A stretch of DNA of 64,000 nt, from NCBI RefSeq assembly GCF_018977255.1, contig NW_024704750.1, positions 11,594,001 through 11,658,000 on the forward strand. Direction: 5' to 3'. The position numbers were made by a program, and so were the translations under genes. This document shows, in pieces, positions 1 to 10,688 of the stretch. This stretch comes from Callorhinchus milii. Taxonomy: Eukaryota. Below the pieces are notes generated by a model. The model did no database searches. It was not told the origin of the DNA and saw only the letters and a list, made by a program, of their open reading frames with translations. Position 1 is the stretch's first letter. Each line of letters starts with the position of its first letter.

Positions 1-295
1 TTTTTTTCTAAAAAAAAAGAGTGCATTTATTTAAGAAAGCCTAGTATAAAAATCTATTTGCTATCACGGAATTGAGAATAGTTTTCCCAGTTGTAGAGTG
101 GCAGACGATAAGTGTTACAGTTCTCTTTTTTTTGGTAAACGTGCGTAGCAGTTTTCTAAAAAAATTATTACAGATAGAAAGCTGTGCTATTTTTCAAACC
201 TTTTGGTGTTCTAATAATTGCAGATCATTTTAGTTATATTACACAAGCAGATCTCTGTTTTCCAGCACTCCATTCACGGCTCACCAGAATCTACT

Positions 296-358
296 GGGGG
301 TGGTGGGGGGGGGGGGGGGGGTGGTGAGGAGGAGGTGTGGGGGGGGAGGGGGGGGGGA
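296..358. repeat. Poly-G / G-rich low-complexity tract
   Basis: Long G runs (source of the spurious poly-Gly ORF 218-424). Confidence 0.9.
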
Positions 359-1012
359 AGAAAAACAAAGTCTGTATCCCAATTAGCAATAATGGATATA
401 AACCCTGTTTTGCTTCAAATTTGATAAATTATACATAATTAGCTATTGTGCAATGCGTGGCGTTGGAAGTAAAGGGATGGATTATTTTAGAACAACGATG
501 GAGCGGCAATTATGTGTTAGTTTCAGCGCTTTGTTTATGTTGTGTACCTTGAGCACCGACTGCAACAAGAGCATGTCGAGACAAGCAACTCATTTGGAAT
601 ATTTTCTGAGGGAGAACCGTTTCAGTGAGGTGTACCACAAAGCGGTGTCGCTGTCATTCTGACATTCGCTCTGCTGCAGATGTGACCCGATTTTAATATT
701 TATAATTATTCATATTCGCGTTATGTAAATTACATCAACACGTAAGGAGAAAGCAAGTGAGAATAATTGCCCAAATCGCCTGGAAATAAAATATTGCTCA
801 TCACGCGGTTAATATCAAATGTTGCAATTTTACACGTGAAACAGAAATCGTCGTATTCATTGATTCTGAAGAGATGGGGTTTTGCAAACGTGGTTACCAT
901 ATCTGGTGCAGTAACTCGGGTTAAATAAAGATAGATATTACAAATGGGAATTTATCCAAAAGAGTGTTTATTTCTTAATCTTAATTTCCACCGATATTGC
1001 TAAATACTAAAC

Positions 1013-1017
<5 letters not shown>

Positions 1018-1044
<27 letters not shown>
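1018..1044. repeat. (GA)n microsatellite
   Basis: Direct reading. Confidence 0.95.
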
Positions 1045-1047
<3 letters not shown>

Positions 1048-4000
1048 CGGGAGACTGAAACTGCAAGCTTGTCATTGAAATTTATTGAAAAACTTTTACA
1101 TTGAAGGATCTTTGAAGGGAATATTCTGTAATCGGATGCGAGATTTACAAAAAGTTGTAGAAATCAAAAGCATACGTTTTTTAAAAAAAAATAGAAAATG
1201 TGTTATAGTGTGCAGTTTGGACAGTACTATCAATTCATTTCCATTACAACTTCCAAACGTAAACATATATCCCTTAATGCAGTTGAAATAGTACCGTTTG
1301 CTTTATTACCACCACATAAACAAAGTTTTATGTATATAGTCTAAGTGGTCTTGATATAGAGTTCAAATGTTTGCAATATTGCACTAAGTAGATTATTAAA
1401 ATAATATTAAATATGATTGAAACATGCATGAAGCGATATCAAATTCAATGAAATATTAATGATTCACACATATGTTTGCTGAAACGTTCACTTCTGTCTT
1501 CTATGTGGTGTTAATTTCCATAGAAGCACAATTAATTGGTACAGTCGTGCTTTACAGGTTTATTTGCATAAGTCGTCGTTTTCATTTGAAAACTGAAAGT
1601 ATCGTGAACAAAAATAAACATGATTAAGTGATACATTTTTAATTTTGTCGAATTTCAATTTGACACAGGTAACATTGCTTTTTTATTTGAACCACAGCTC
1701 CCTTATGATGTGAAATGTGAGTTAAAAATCTTTATCTGCTTAAATGCGAGGTGTAACATCATCCGCGTTGATAGTCAATATTTGAGGGCAATCATAATGT
1801 TAGCGCAGCGCTTCCAATAAATAAACACACCCGTTCAAAACGGCAGCCTATAGACTTTACAGTCTGACAGACAAGATATTGTAAATTACAAGGTAGCGTT
1901 TATTCAAAACACCTTCATTCCTGATCTCCAATTGGGAGCACACATCAACGGAGAACAAAATTGGTGCAATGAATATGTTAGTAAATTAATATATGTTCAA
2001 AATAATCCTTTGCAATATAATGGGTAGATTGTATTTATTTATATTGACATGAGTTTCTCAATTTTAATTAAAGCTATTCTCGACATATAAAAGGAAATAA
2101 ACACGTTATAGAGAGTCGGTTGAGGGATCATCGGTTCTGTTATAAATTCATCTCTAACAACGTCTCCAGTTGCAGCCTAATCACCTGTACTCTTTACACA
2201 GATCAAAATAATTTTCTTGTGACACTAATATCACACTGAAAATTTGAGCCCTGAACATTAGAGACTTTGTCGATGCAAAACAACTTTTTTTTAATGACTT
2301 TTTTTTAAAAAATAATAACTGTTTCCGCCCACCGGATTTACACAGTGCTGATCAATCACTGGAACAAATATTACAAATATGTAAGGGCAAAAGCAAAATG
2401 AACAATAAAAAGGCCATTCAGTCCATTCAGTCCATCATTAAACTCCATATAGGAAACAAATGCTGGAACAAATTAAACTGAAAATCATTACATTCGTTGC
2501 TTTCCAATATATAATGCGTTATTTATATTTCAATTTTTTTATTTGTGTTTGAAATAGGATTGTTTTAAAAATATATATACTTGTCTTATTTATTCCCGAG
2601 GTAATTTTTTTTCAAAATATGTAACTACTAATTATTCAGAATGTTTTGCAACAACTTTTTTTTAAAAAAAAGCAAACGTTCTTATAAATCATATTCTGCG
2701 GTATATTTACACCCCCTACTCTCCTTTCACCAAGAGAGGTAGTGTCAAAAGAATTGTCTCAATGTTCGGGTGATTTGATATCTCAAGCAAAAGAAATAAA
2801 ATCCCTTTGCTAATTAGAAAGCTATTAAGCAAAATGATTTGCTTTCTGTGTTAGACTATTATTATGTATGTTAGACGCCGTCAGAAAGATTCGGCAGATT
2901 TCCAATAAGTTTCCAATTTTTTTTGTGCATCGTTTTAGATGAATACACCCTCGGATCACCCTTTTATCCCCTCAGTGTCTGGATCTCGAGCAGTGCAGTG
3001 GTCTGATACCGTATACTAGATGCCACTTAGATTTTCTCAACACCTACGCAGTCAATTATTCAGTCAGTTGAAATGCGTTTACAAGCATTTGAGGATGTAG
3101 TCTCAATACACCAAGTGAACTCAGCGGTTCACGGTCGTTGTCTTGTCACGGCTCAAAATGGGGTGTTTGCATGTGTTTTTAATCTCATTTACATCCTGCC
3201 CCCAGGACATTGACGTTTTAAAAGCGTGCACTTTTGGTATAGGAATAAAGCAGCAAAACAGCAATATATTGTCCGCAAATGTTTCAGTTAGGCATGTACT
3301 TCATTTAGTCTCCATAGACAATACATATATACAATCCTACTCACCACAATCCCGTGATGTTTCCTCTATCTGAGTCGTTACATTTTTACTGTGTGTACAT
3401 TTTCCAATTTTATTTTTCAAATCAATGTAATGATGCGCCAGTTACAATTATTCGTGTTAACATGACACAATGCGTTGGATTGGAGCGAATGAGCGGCCTC
3501 TTCTAGGTTTGTGTGGTATTTTTCTCCCTCTCTCTCTCTCACTCTGTGCAGTTTTCAGAATTTTCTCGGTGACACAATGTTATGATGGAAAGATGCTGTA
3601 AATGACAGCGCTAGTAAACGTTCGTCTTAATCATCGGGCCCTTAATTTAGTTTGGTGCTGGTCTTTGTGCTGAGGAGCCGCTGACAACCTATAGGGAGTT
3701 AATGAGTGACGAGGCAAGGCTGGTGTAGTAAAGTAACACTTTCCTGGTGCGAAGACCACTAACTGGGAAGTTTAGTTCACTACTGTTCTCGCAAACCTAA
3801 TAATATAACCTGTAACAAAAAAAAACACTTAAGGAAGATGCAACACGCTAAATACAGAAACTTTCAATCAGTAATTATTAGCACCTACAGTCGGTTAGTC
3901 GAGTGTGGTATTTAATTCAGTTACTCAGATGAGAATTCAATTATTGGTTCTTTCAAACGTAAATACTGTATAATGCACGTTTAGATCACTTACGGACGAG

Positions 4001-4794
4001 AGAGTCATAAAATATATAGTTGACGTCTGTCCAATCATATCTCCGGTGGGGTTTTTTTTTTTGGTCAAAGTTCGTAACAAATGAATGATCCGCTTTTGTA
4101 AAATGAGCAGCTCTGGCAGTGACTCGAGGTGCAACGCACAAACCAGATCACAAGTTAGATGCAGTGTGTCGCAAATTTTTGCTCATTGACTTATTCAAAG
4201 GTAAATGTTACCATTCGTCGTGAAATAATGTTTCAAATGCTATTTTAATCGAGGACTGCATTAATCATTCCATGCATGATTCGTTTTTTTAAAAAAAATA
4301 TGCCACTGTTAAAAAGTCGACCCTTTATGGCTTTTAAATCCTCTGTTTTTGCTTGATGTGTGTAATCCCAATAAATCTGGAATCTGACAATAAAAGCTAT
4401 CAGGAGACAAGCTGTATATTTATTCGTCCAATTTTATTTAATCACATTTATATATCCGTTATATAACTCTACACGGATTCGTTATAGTAATGAGGATTCG
4501 CCATTTTTTCAGGAAAGAAGTGCAAATGATCACAAACTACATTTTAAAGTAAAACACCCAGATAGATAAAGATATATTTGTGACAAACTATAAATTAGTG
4601 TACAGTTCCCGGGTTCTCCATGATTTAGAGAAAAATAATCTGGAATCCAATTCAAAATAAATGTTTTCTTTTCATTGCAGTTCGATGATAAAAATCTGCA
4701 AAGGAGACAAATAAACATATTGTTAGAAATTGTGTTCCCAGAACTGAAAATACTGCTAGATACGTTGTGAAACGTGTCATGACCATTAAAATGC

Positions 4795-4819
<25 letters not shown>
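4795..4819. repeat. (AT)n microsatellite
   Basis: Direct reading. Confidence 0.95.
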
Positions 4820-4825
<6 letters not shown>

Positions 4826-6178
4826 CAGAGAAATACAATGAGCCAAGTGGTCCTTTTATGGGGCTATCTGGAAAGCGGAAGCTCTAGTTCTAACCCAGGC
4901 GCACATCCACCACATAACTCTCACTGTATTTTTTAAACTAGTTTTTTCCATCTCAGTTCTCTCGGTCAGTATATTAAATGAATGCATTCTAGTCATTATA
5001 TAAACTTCTTCTTCCATCAAATGGTGAACAACCAATGGCACGTTTCGGATAGGCATTTTATTCATCAATTATGTAACACCCAGTCCTTAAATGTTGAATA
5101 CCTGTATCGCTGCGCTTACGTTTGCTGAGTCCATTTACAATGCATCTTCTTTGGGGCAATCTTTTTCTTTTAGAAACAAAAATGAAATAATATCAATCAA
5201 GCACAATTAAAAGATTGCAATGGTACCGAACTAGCACAGTTTGCGTCCTTCTTTCAGACAGTGTTCCAAAAATCAGTGTGGAATACACATTTGTAAACGA
5301 TTCTAAATTGTTACACAGAAATGTTGATTTGAGTACTGCTAAATCACAGCAACAACAGAGGTTCAATGCAAACAACAGCTGTGTCTATTTTTTTAAAACA
5401 ATCCCAATGACGATTTGCGCATATGAGCATGCACAGCTAATCTCGCTTTTTCTTCGTGTTAATCAACACTTTCCTTCCTGTATATCAGAATACACGCACT
5501 ATAGTTACTCCACATCAGTAAATGTTTATGTAACCTGTCCTTTCCCAGGAATCCGGTTACGCTAAATCATTTCACGCAAGAGTGGGTAAGAAAACCAGTG
5601 GATCATCATACTGCCCTTCAGATTTAATACGGAAAATATAAGAGAAAGGTTCACTATTTATTTATTAAAATATGTGTGCGCGCGCGCATAGAGGCGGATA
5701 TACAGACCCCCCAAAACAATTTACGACCTTGTGCAGATTTCATTGGTGACCTTTTGGCCTCAGATATGTTGCTGTATTAAAATGGAGAACTCCAGTAGCT
5801 GATGTAAATGCAATAATAGCTCGTAGCCACATCGAAGGATTCAAACGTGCAATTTATTTTTTTTGCCATATCTCAGTCGCGTATCACAAATGGCTGAAAA
5901 TCCAACAGAATAGGGCTTTTCTCACTGGAGGGCCCTCTCCTCCCGACCACTCCGAAGCACAACTATTAATATTCGGTTCTACGCAACGCCTCGTTTAACG
6001 CACTTCTCAGTAAGTTTCGCATCACATCGTTACAATCTGGAAGAAGCCTCTGCGTATTATACTGCCGACACGTTGCGAAACCGTTTAAAATAGGAACGTT
6101 GTTTTTTTGTTTCTTACACCCGTTCATTAAAATACCTTGTACTTTTATACGGGAAAGAATTATCGAGCCTGTGAGTGA

Positions 6179-6228
6179 GTGTGTGTGTGTGTGTGTGTGT
6201 GAGAGAGACAGAGAGAGAGAGAGAGAGA
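6179..6228. repeat. Compound (GT)n(GA)n microsatellite
   Basis: Direct reading. Confidence 0.95.
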
Positions 6229-7384
6229 GGTAGAACCAGACGAGCGTGAGAATCTGTATTTTACTCCCGATAGATTCGATTTCAAAGGAAAGTATATTTA
6301 AAGTGGTATTTACGTGGTTACTGTGACACTGTGACTGTAACAGGGCCGCAGGACCGTCGCTTCGGCATTGCAGTGTGCGGGGCAGTGCTGGTTTTGGTGC
6401 TCGTGGCTTTGGTTTTTCTCGGGTTCCCAAACAGTTCCCAGTCAAACGTTTGCACCCAAAAAAAAACGGCGTTTCGACTCGTAGTGATCGGGCCAAAATG
6501 CAAAAAAAAAAAAAACATGACCTCCGCAAAAATCGGTGCACACAAAGGCGGCTTATCATCCCCCCCCCACACACACACACCCCACCACCTCCCACCCCAA
6601 GTCTAAAGCGATCGCTGTATTTCGTGCACAATGTGCAAAACGATTGGCATTACACGGCGACCCAAACATTGCACACGGGATAAAACGCGTTTGAAAACAT
6701 CTGCGGAATAATACCCTCCTTCCGTTATCTATATTTTTTTCTCTCTCCACCGTTTCTCGATCGATTCGTAGTTTAACAAATCTTTCAAGAGGGGAGAAAC
6801 GATACGATAGAGAAATCCGACATGTGGGAGGCGTTTAAACCAAACACTGGTTTGTGGTCGTTTCCTTATAAATAAGCCCCAGTAGAGACTGATCTGTGAC
6901 CAACATCACAATTTTGCCCCTTTTATATTTCCATTCCACTCTTAACCGATTATTCCGATTATTTTATTTTTATGTAAAAAAAATATATTTTTTTTTTTGG
7001 CGGGAGTGAAAAGGAGGAAATGCTTTTTTTTTCTCTCCAGTCACACTACTGCGAAATCAGAAAAGATATATCCGTGAATTATTGACACAGACCATTGCAA
7101 CAACATCCGCCATTAAGATGTCAATGTGAATGGCATGGGCATGGGGGCGGGGGGTTGGGGGGGGGGGGGGAGGAGGGGGGGGGGAAGGAGGGGGGGGGAT
7201 AATATTAAGAGGATAAGGCTACATTTCTGCCTGATCTCCGGCCAATGTGAGAGGCAGCTCAGCCCCAGCCCTGTGTGTTAAGCACCTTTTTTTGTCCCCC
7301 CCCCTTTCGCCCCCCACCTTTTTACACGGGATGAGAATTGCCCCTGAAATCACACTTGCCTTCGGTCCTTTGCCCACCCCCAAC

Positions 7385-7418
7385 CATCATCATCATCATC
7401 ATCACCATCACCACCATC
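7385..7418. repeat. (CAT/CAC)n trinucleotide repeat
   Basis: catcatcatcatcatcatcaccatcaccaccat. Confidence 0.9.
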
Positions 7419-7532
7419 GCCGCTCTTTATTGTAGAGATGGCTCGTCTGCCACCAAACAACTTCTTTCGCAGCGCGAGAGTAGGATGGCCTCCAAATTGT
7501 TCTGCGCCAATTGGATTTATTTTTTCTTTGCT

Positions 7533-7800
7533 GGTGGTGGGGTGGGTGGGGGGGAGAGAGAGAGAGAGAGGGGGGAGAGGAGAGGAGAGGAAAGAGGGGG
7601 TGTGGGGTGGGGGGAGAGAGAGAGAGAGAGAGAGGGGAGAGGAGAGGAAAGAGGGGGTGTGGGGTGGGGGGGAAGTACTCTGAAACTCAACAAATTATGT
7701 TTAAAATCGAAAAAAACCTCTTGGGGGGGAGGGGAGGGTTGGGTGTGGGGGGAGAGGGTTGGGTGGGGGTGAGGGGGTGGGGGTGAGGGGGTGGGGGGGC
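7533..7800. repeat. Purine/G-rich low-complexity tract with a ~57-bp tandem duplication
   Basis: AAAGAGGGGGTGTGGGGTGGGGG at 7591 and 7648, embedded in (GA)n and GGGGT runs. Confidence 0.9.
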
Positions 7801-8031
7801 CGATGGACAAAAAAGATTGGTTTAGAGCCACTTCCAGAATGGAGGCTTTTTATAATGGAAAATGGTGAGAGCGGCCTCGGAGGTATAAAGTAGTTCCAGG
7901 CTTCTTTCGCTCCCCACCCCATCCCATCCCATCCATCCACCCACCACCCGACTCTTTTTTTTATGATTAATAAAATTAATTCGGTGGTTGAAGGTGTGAA
8001 TGGTGATGTTCCTTCTCTGCAGAGGGAGTGT

Positions 8032-8063
<32 letters not shown>

Positions 8064-8074
8064 TGAACTGACTG

Positions 8075-8379
8075 AGTGATGCGGCGGCCGAACACCCCCC
8101 CCCCCCCGGGGCCCGTGAGGGAAGGAAGCCTCCGCGCGGTGGGAGGGAGGGAGGGAGTGCGGGTGGGTGTGTGGGGAGTGGGGGGGGGGGAGGGGGCGGG
8201 GCGGACAGGCGGGCGAGGCGCTGATTGGCCGCGGCCTGGCCGGACGCACGGGCACGCACGGCGCGCTGATTGGCCGCGCGGTGAAAAGGTTACAGCGAGG
8301 GTTTGAGCCGAGCGCCGAGTGTCCGCGTTACATCGCAGCAGCTGAGAGCTGTGGCGCCGCTCGACCTGCTCCAGAGAAC
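8075..8379 (+). promoter_or_regulatory. FOXG1 proximal promoter / CpG island with GC boxes and two reverse CCAAT boxes
   Basis: Very GC- and CpG-rich. GGGGCGGGG near 8193-8201; GCGCTGATTGGCCGCG occurs at 8218-8233 and again at 8263-8278; lies directly upstream of the CDS. Confidence 0.85.
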
Positions 8380-8514
8380 NNNNNNNNNNNNNNNNNNNNN
8401 NNNNNNNNNNNNNNNNNNNNNNNNNNNNNNNNNNNNNNNNNNNNNNNNNNNNNNNNNNNNNNNNNNNNNNNNNNNNNNNNNNNNNNNNNNNNNNNNNNNN
8501 NNNNNNNNNNNNNN
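8380..8514. other. Assembly gap (135 N) in the FOXG1 5'UTR region
   Basis: Run of N between the promoter and the ATG. Confidence 1.
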
Positions 8515-8563
8515 GGCGATTGCGGTCCAACTGTGCTGCTGCAGTTTCTTTCACCCGTGTGTG

Positions 8564-9799
8564 ATGTTGGACATGGGAGATAAGAAAGAAGTGAAAATGA
8601 TCCCCAAGTCATCGTTCAGCATAAACAGCCTGGTGCCCGAAGCGGTTCAGAGTGACAACCACCATCACCACCGATCTGCCCCCGACGATGAGGACAAAAA
8701 CCTTTTGCCAGCGGTGGAGTCGAAGTCTGAAAATGTTCCCAGCAAAACTGACAGCAGCTCCGGGGAGCAGCCCAGCGCGGAAGAGAAGGAGAAGCAGGAA
8801 GAGAAAAAGGCAGACGGTAAAGAAGGGGATGGTGGAAAGGAAGGAGAAAAGAAAAATGGCAAATATGAAAAGCCTCCGTTTAGTTATAACGCGCTGATCA
8901 TGATGGCCATCCGTCAGAGTCCAGAGAAACGATTGACATTGAATGGAATCTACGAATTCATCATGAAAAATTTCCCTTATTACAGAGAGAACAAACAGGG
9001 TTGGCAAAACTCTATTAGACACAACTTGAGTCTGAATAAATGTTTCGTGAAAGTTCCGAGGCATTACGATGATCCTGGGAAGGGGAACTACTGGATGTTG
9101 GATCCATCTAGTGATGATGTCTTTATAGGTGGCACTACGGGAAAACTCCGGAGGAGGTCCACAACATCAAGAGCAAAGTTAGCTTTCAAGCGAGGAGCGC
9201 GCCTCACTTCTACCGGACTGACATTTATGGATAGGGCAGGTTCCTTATATTGGCCTGTATCTCCATTCCTATCCCTCCATCATCCCCGGGCCAGCAGTGC
9301 CTTGAGTTATAATGGGACCACCTCAGCTTACCCGAGTCACCCGATGTCCTACAGCTCGGTGTTAACTCAGAACTCTCTGGCAAACAGCCACTCGTTTCCA
9401 ACTTCAAATGGGTTAAGTGTAGATAGACTTGTAAACGGAGAGATTCCTTATGCCACCCACCACCTAACGGCAGCAGCTGCCCTGGCTGCCTCGGTGCCAT
9501 GTGGTTTGTCTGTTCCTTGCTCAGGCACATATTCCTTAAACCCATGCTCAGTAAATCTTCTGGCAGGACAGACGAGTTATTTTTTCCCTCATGTTCCTCA
9601 CCCGTCAATGACTTCTCAAAGCAGCACTTCAATGTCGGCGAGGGCAGCGTCCTCCACATCTCCACAGGCGCCTTCAACTCTTCCCTGTGAGTCTCTAAGA
9701 CCCTCTTTGCCAAGTTTCTCCACAGGACTTTCTGGAGGGCTTTCTGATTACTTCACACATCAAACCCAGGGCTCCTCTTCAAACCCTCTAATACACTAA
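8564..9799 (+). CDS. FOXG1: Forkhead box protein G1 (BF-1), 411 aa, single coding exon
   Basis: ATG at 8564 gives [29 protein letters not shown], the diagnostic FOXG1 N-terminus with the eh1-like FSINSLV. It is followed by a short His run, the forkhead domain [30 protein letters not shown]...[20 protein letters not shown]...[10 protein letters not shown], and the FOXG1 C-terminus ...GSSSNPLIH*. The ORF-track start at 8303 is a TTG read across the N gap. Confidence 0.99.
   Translation: MLDMGDKKEVKMIPKSSFSINSLVPEAVQSDNHHHHRSAPDDEDKNLLPAVESKSENVPSKTDSSSGEQPSAEEKEKQEEKKADGKEGDGGKEGEKKNGKYEKPPFSYNALIMMAIRQSPEKRLTLNGIYEFIMKNFPYYRENKQGWQNSIRHNLSLNKCFVKVPRHYDDPGKGNYWMLDPSSDDVFIGGTTGKLRRRSTTSRAKLAFKRGARLTSTGLTFMDRAGSLYWPVSPFLSLHHPRASSALSYNGTTSAYPSHPMSYSSVLTQNSLANSHSFPTSNGLSVDRLVNGEIPYATHHLTAAAALAASVPCGLSVPCSGTYSLNPCSVNLLAGQTSYFFPHVPHPSMTSQSSTSMSARAASSTSPQAPSTLPCESLRPSLPSFSTGLSGGLSDYFTHQTQGSSSNPLIH
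8870..9157 (+). other. FOXG1: Forkhead (winged-helix) DNA-binding domain of FOXG1
   Basis: KPPFSY...GKLRRR; matches the human FOXG1 forkhead domain as I recall it. Followed by the RRRSTT basic/phosphorylation motif. Confidence 0.97.
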
Positions 9800-10103
9800 C
9801 AAACCCCCTTCGAACAGACTGTAAGTTAATGTTTTACACATATTTGCATTGTAAATAATTCTCAAAATAAGAAGCCCAGGTATTTTTATTCAAGTCCCCA
9901 TTTTTGTCAGCATTTTTTGTCAAATCCCATAGGGTTGTTTGTTTATTCAATTTCAGCAATGTGCAATTTGGGGCGGTTTAGATAGGAAACCACTGATAAT
10001 AGTTAAATTAATGTAGACTGTGTATTTAAAAAAAATGACTGCATTCCAACTAAAATTTAACGAGGCAGGTCTGTTTCAATCAATCCACCTCTGTCCATGT
10101 TTG

Positions 10104-10111
10104 CAGTATTA
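10104..10111 (+). promoter_or_regulatory. miR-200b/c/429 8mer site (CAGTATTA)
   Basis: Perfect complement of seed AAUACUG plus A1; Foxg1 is a known miR-200-family target. Confidence 0.75.
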
Positions 10112-10301
10112 TAAGTTATCATGGTTCTGTTGGTGGCTGCTGATTCCATTATTGGCGGATCTTATTTTTTTCAATACACTTATACGAGTTCAACGCTTAA
10201 TTTGTATTCAAACAGTTCACCGGTAATATTACTTAAACATGCCTAACCTTTCGGTCATTTTTTTTCCATTTCGTTGCAAAATGGTTCATGTTTACTTTTA
10301 G

Positions 10302-10309
10302 ACCAAAGA
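10302..10309 (+). promoter_or_regulatory. miR-9-5p 8mer site (ACCAAAGA)
   Basis: Perfect complement of seed CUUUGGU plus A1; miR-9 regulation of Foxg1 is established in vertebrates. Confidence 0.85.
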
Positions 10310-10319
10310 CGGGGCTAGA

Positions 10320-10326
10320 AATGCAC
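10320..10326 (+). promoter_or_regulatory. miR-33-type site (AATGCAC) next to the miR-9 site
   Basis: Complement of miR-33 nt 1-7 (GUGCAUU), 10 nt downstream of the miR-9 site. Confidence 0.5.
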
Positions 10327-10682
10327 TCCTTGTTTAAAAGAACAAGTAATTTGAAAGTAATTCATATTTTCCAGTTTACAATACTGCCTGTATAAGAATC
10401 AGAAGGGGACACAATTGATGATTGCCTTTAGTTTGTGTTGTGCATAATTCGATGTATGTGATCACTAACAGGTCCCTTTTCTTTTCTTTATGTAAATGTA
10501 GTGAGATGTGTAAACCTATTGTACTTAAAGGTAAACTTTGCGGACGTGTAACCTGTGTTGCTTAAATGCCTCATAAAATTCCTTGAGTGATTGTTAATGT
10601 CGTCTCTAAATTTCATGATTGTGATATTGTGATCATATGCCCGTGTTGTCACTTAAAATGTTTACTATACAGAAGGCACCGA

Positions 10683-10688
10683 AATAAA
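10683..10688 (+). terminator. Polyadenylation signal AATAAA of FOXG1
   Basis: Canonical hexamer about 0.9 kb after the stop, followed by TGTTGATATCTTGTCCTTTTCTTT. Confidence 0.75.

Noticed and set aside
7247-7435. ORF with an 11-His run, resembling the mammalian FOXG1 poly-His tract
   Set aside because: It is a (CAT)n microsatellite 1.2 kb upstream, GTG-initiated, followed by a stop, with no FOXG1-like flanks and no evident splice path to the CDS.
7338-8554. Many overlapping Gly/Arg/Pro/Ser-rich ORFs
   Set aside because: Products of G-rich, (GA)n and N-containing low-complexity promoter sequence.
8303-8563. 87-aa N-terminal extension of FOXG1 in the ORF track
   Set aside because: It starts at TTG and reads through 135 Ns; homology begins at MLDMGD (8564).
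8609-9713. Antisense ORFs (151 aa, 162 aa) overlapping FOXG1
   Set aside because: Shadow frames of the real CDS with no recognisable motifs.
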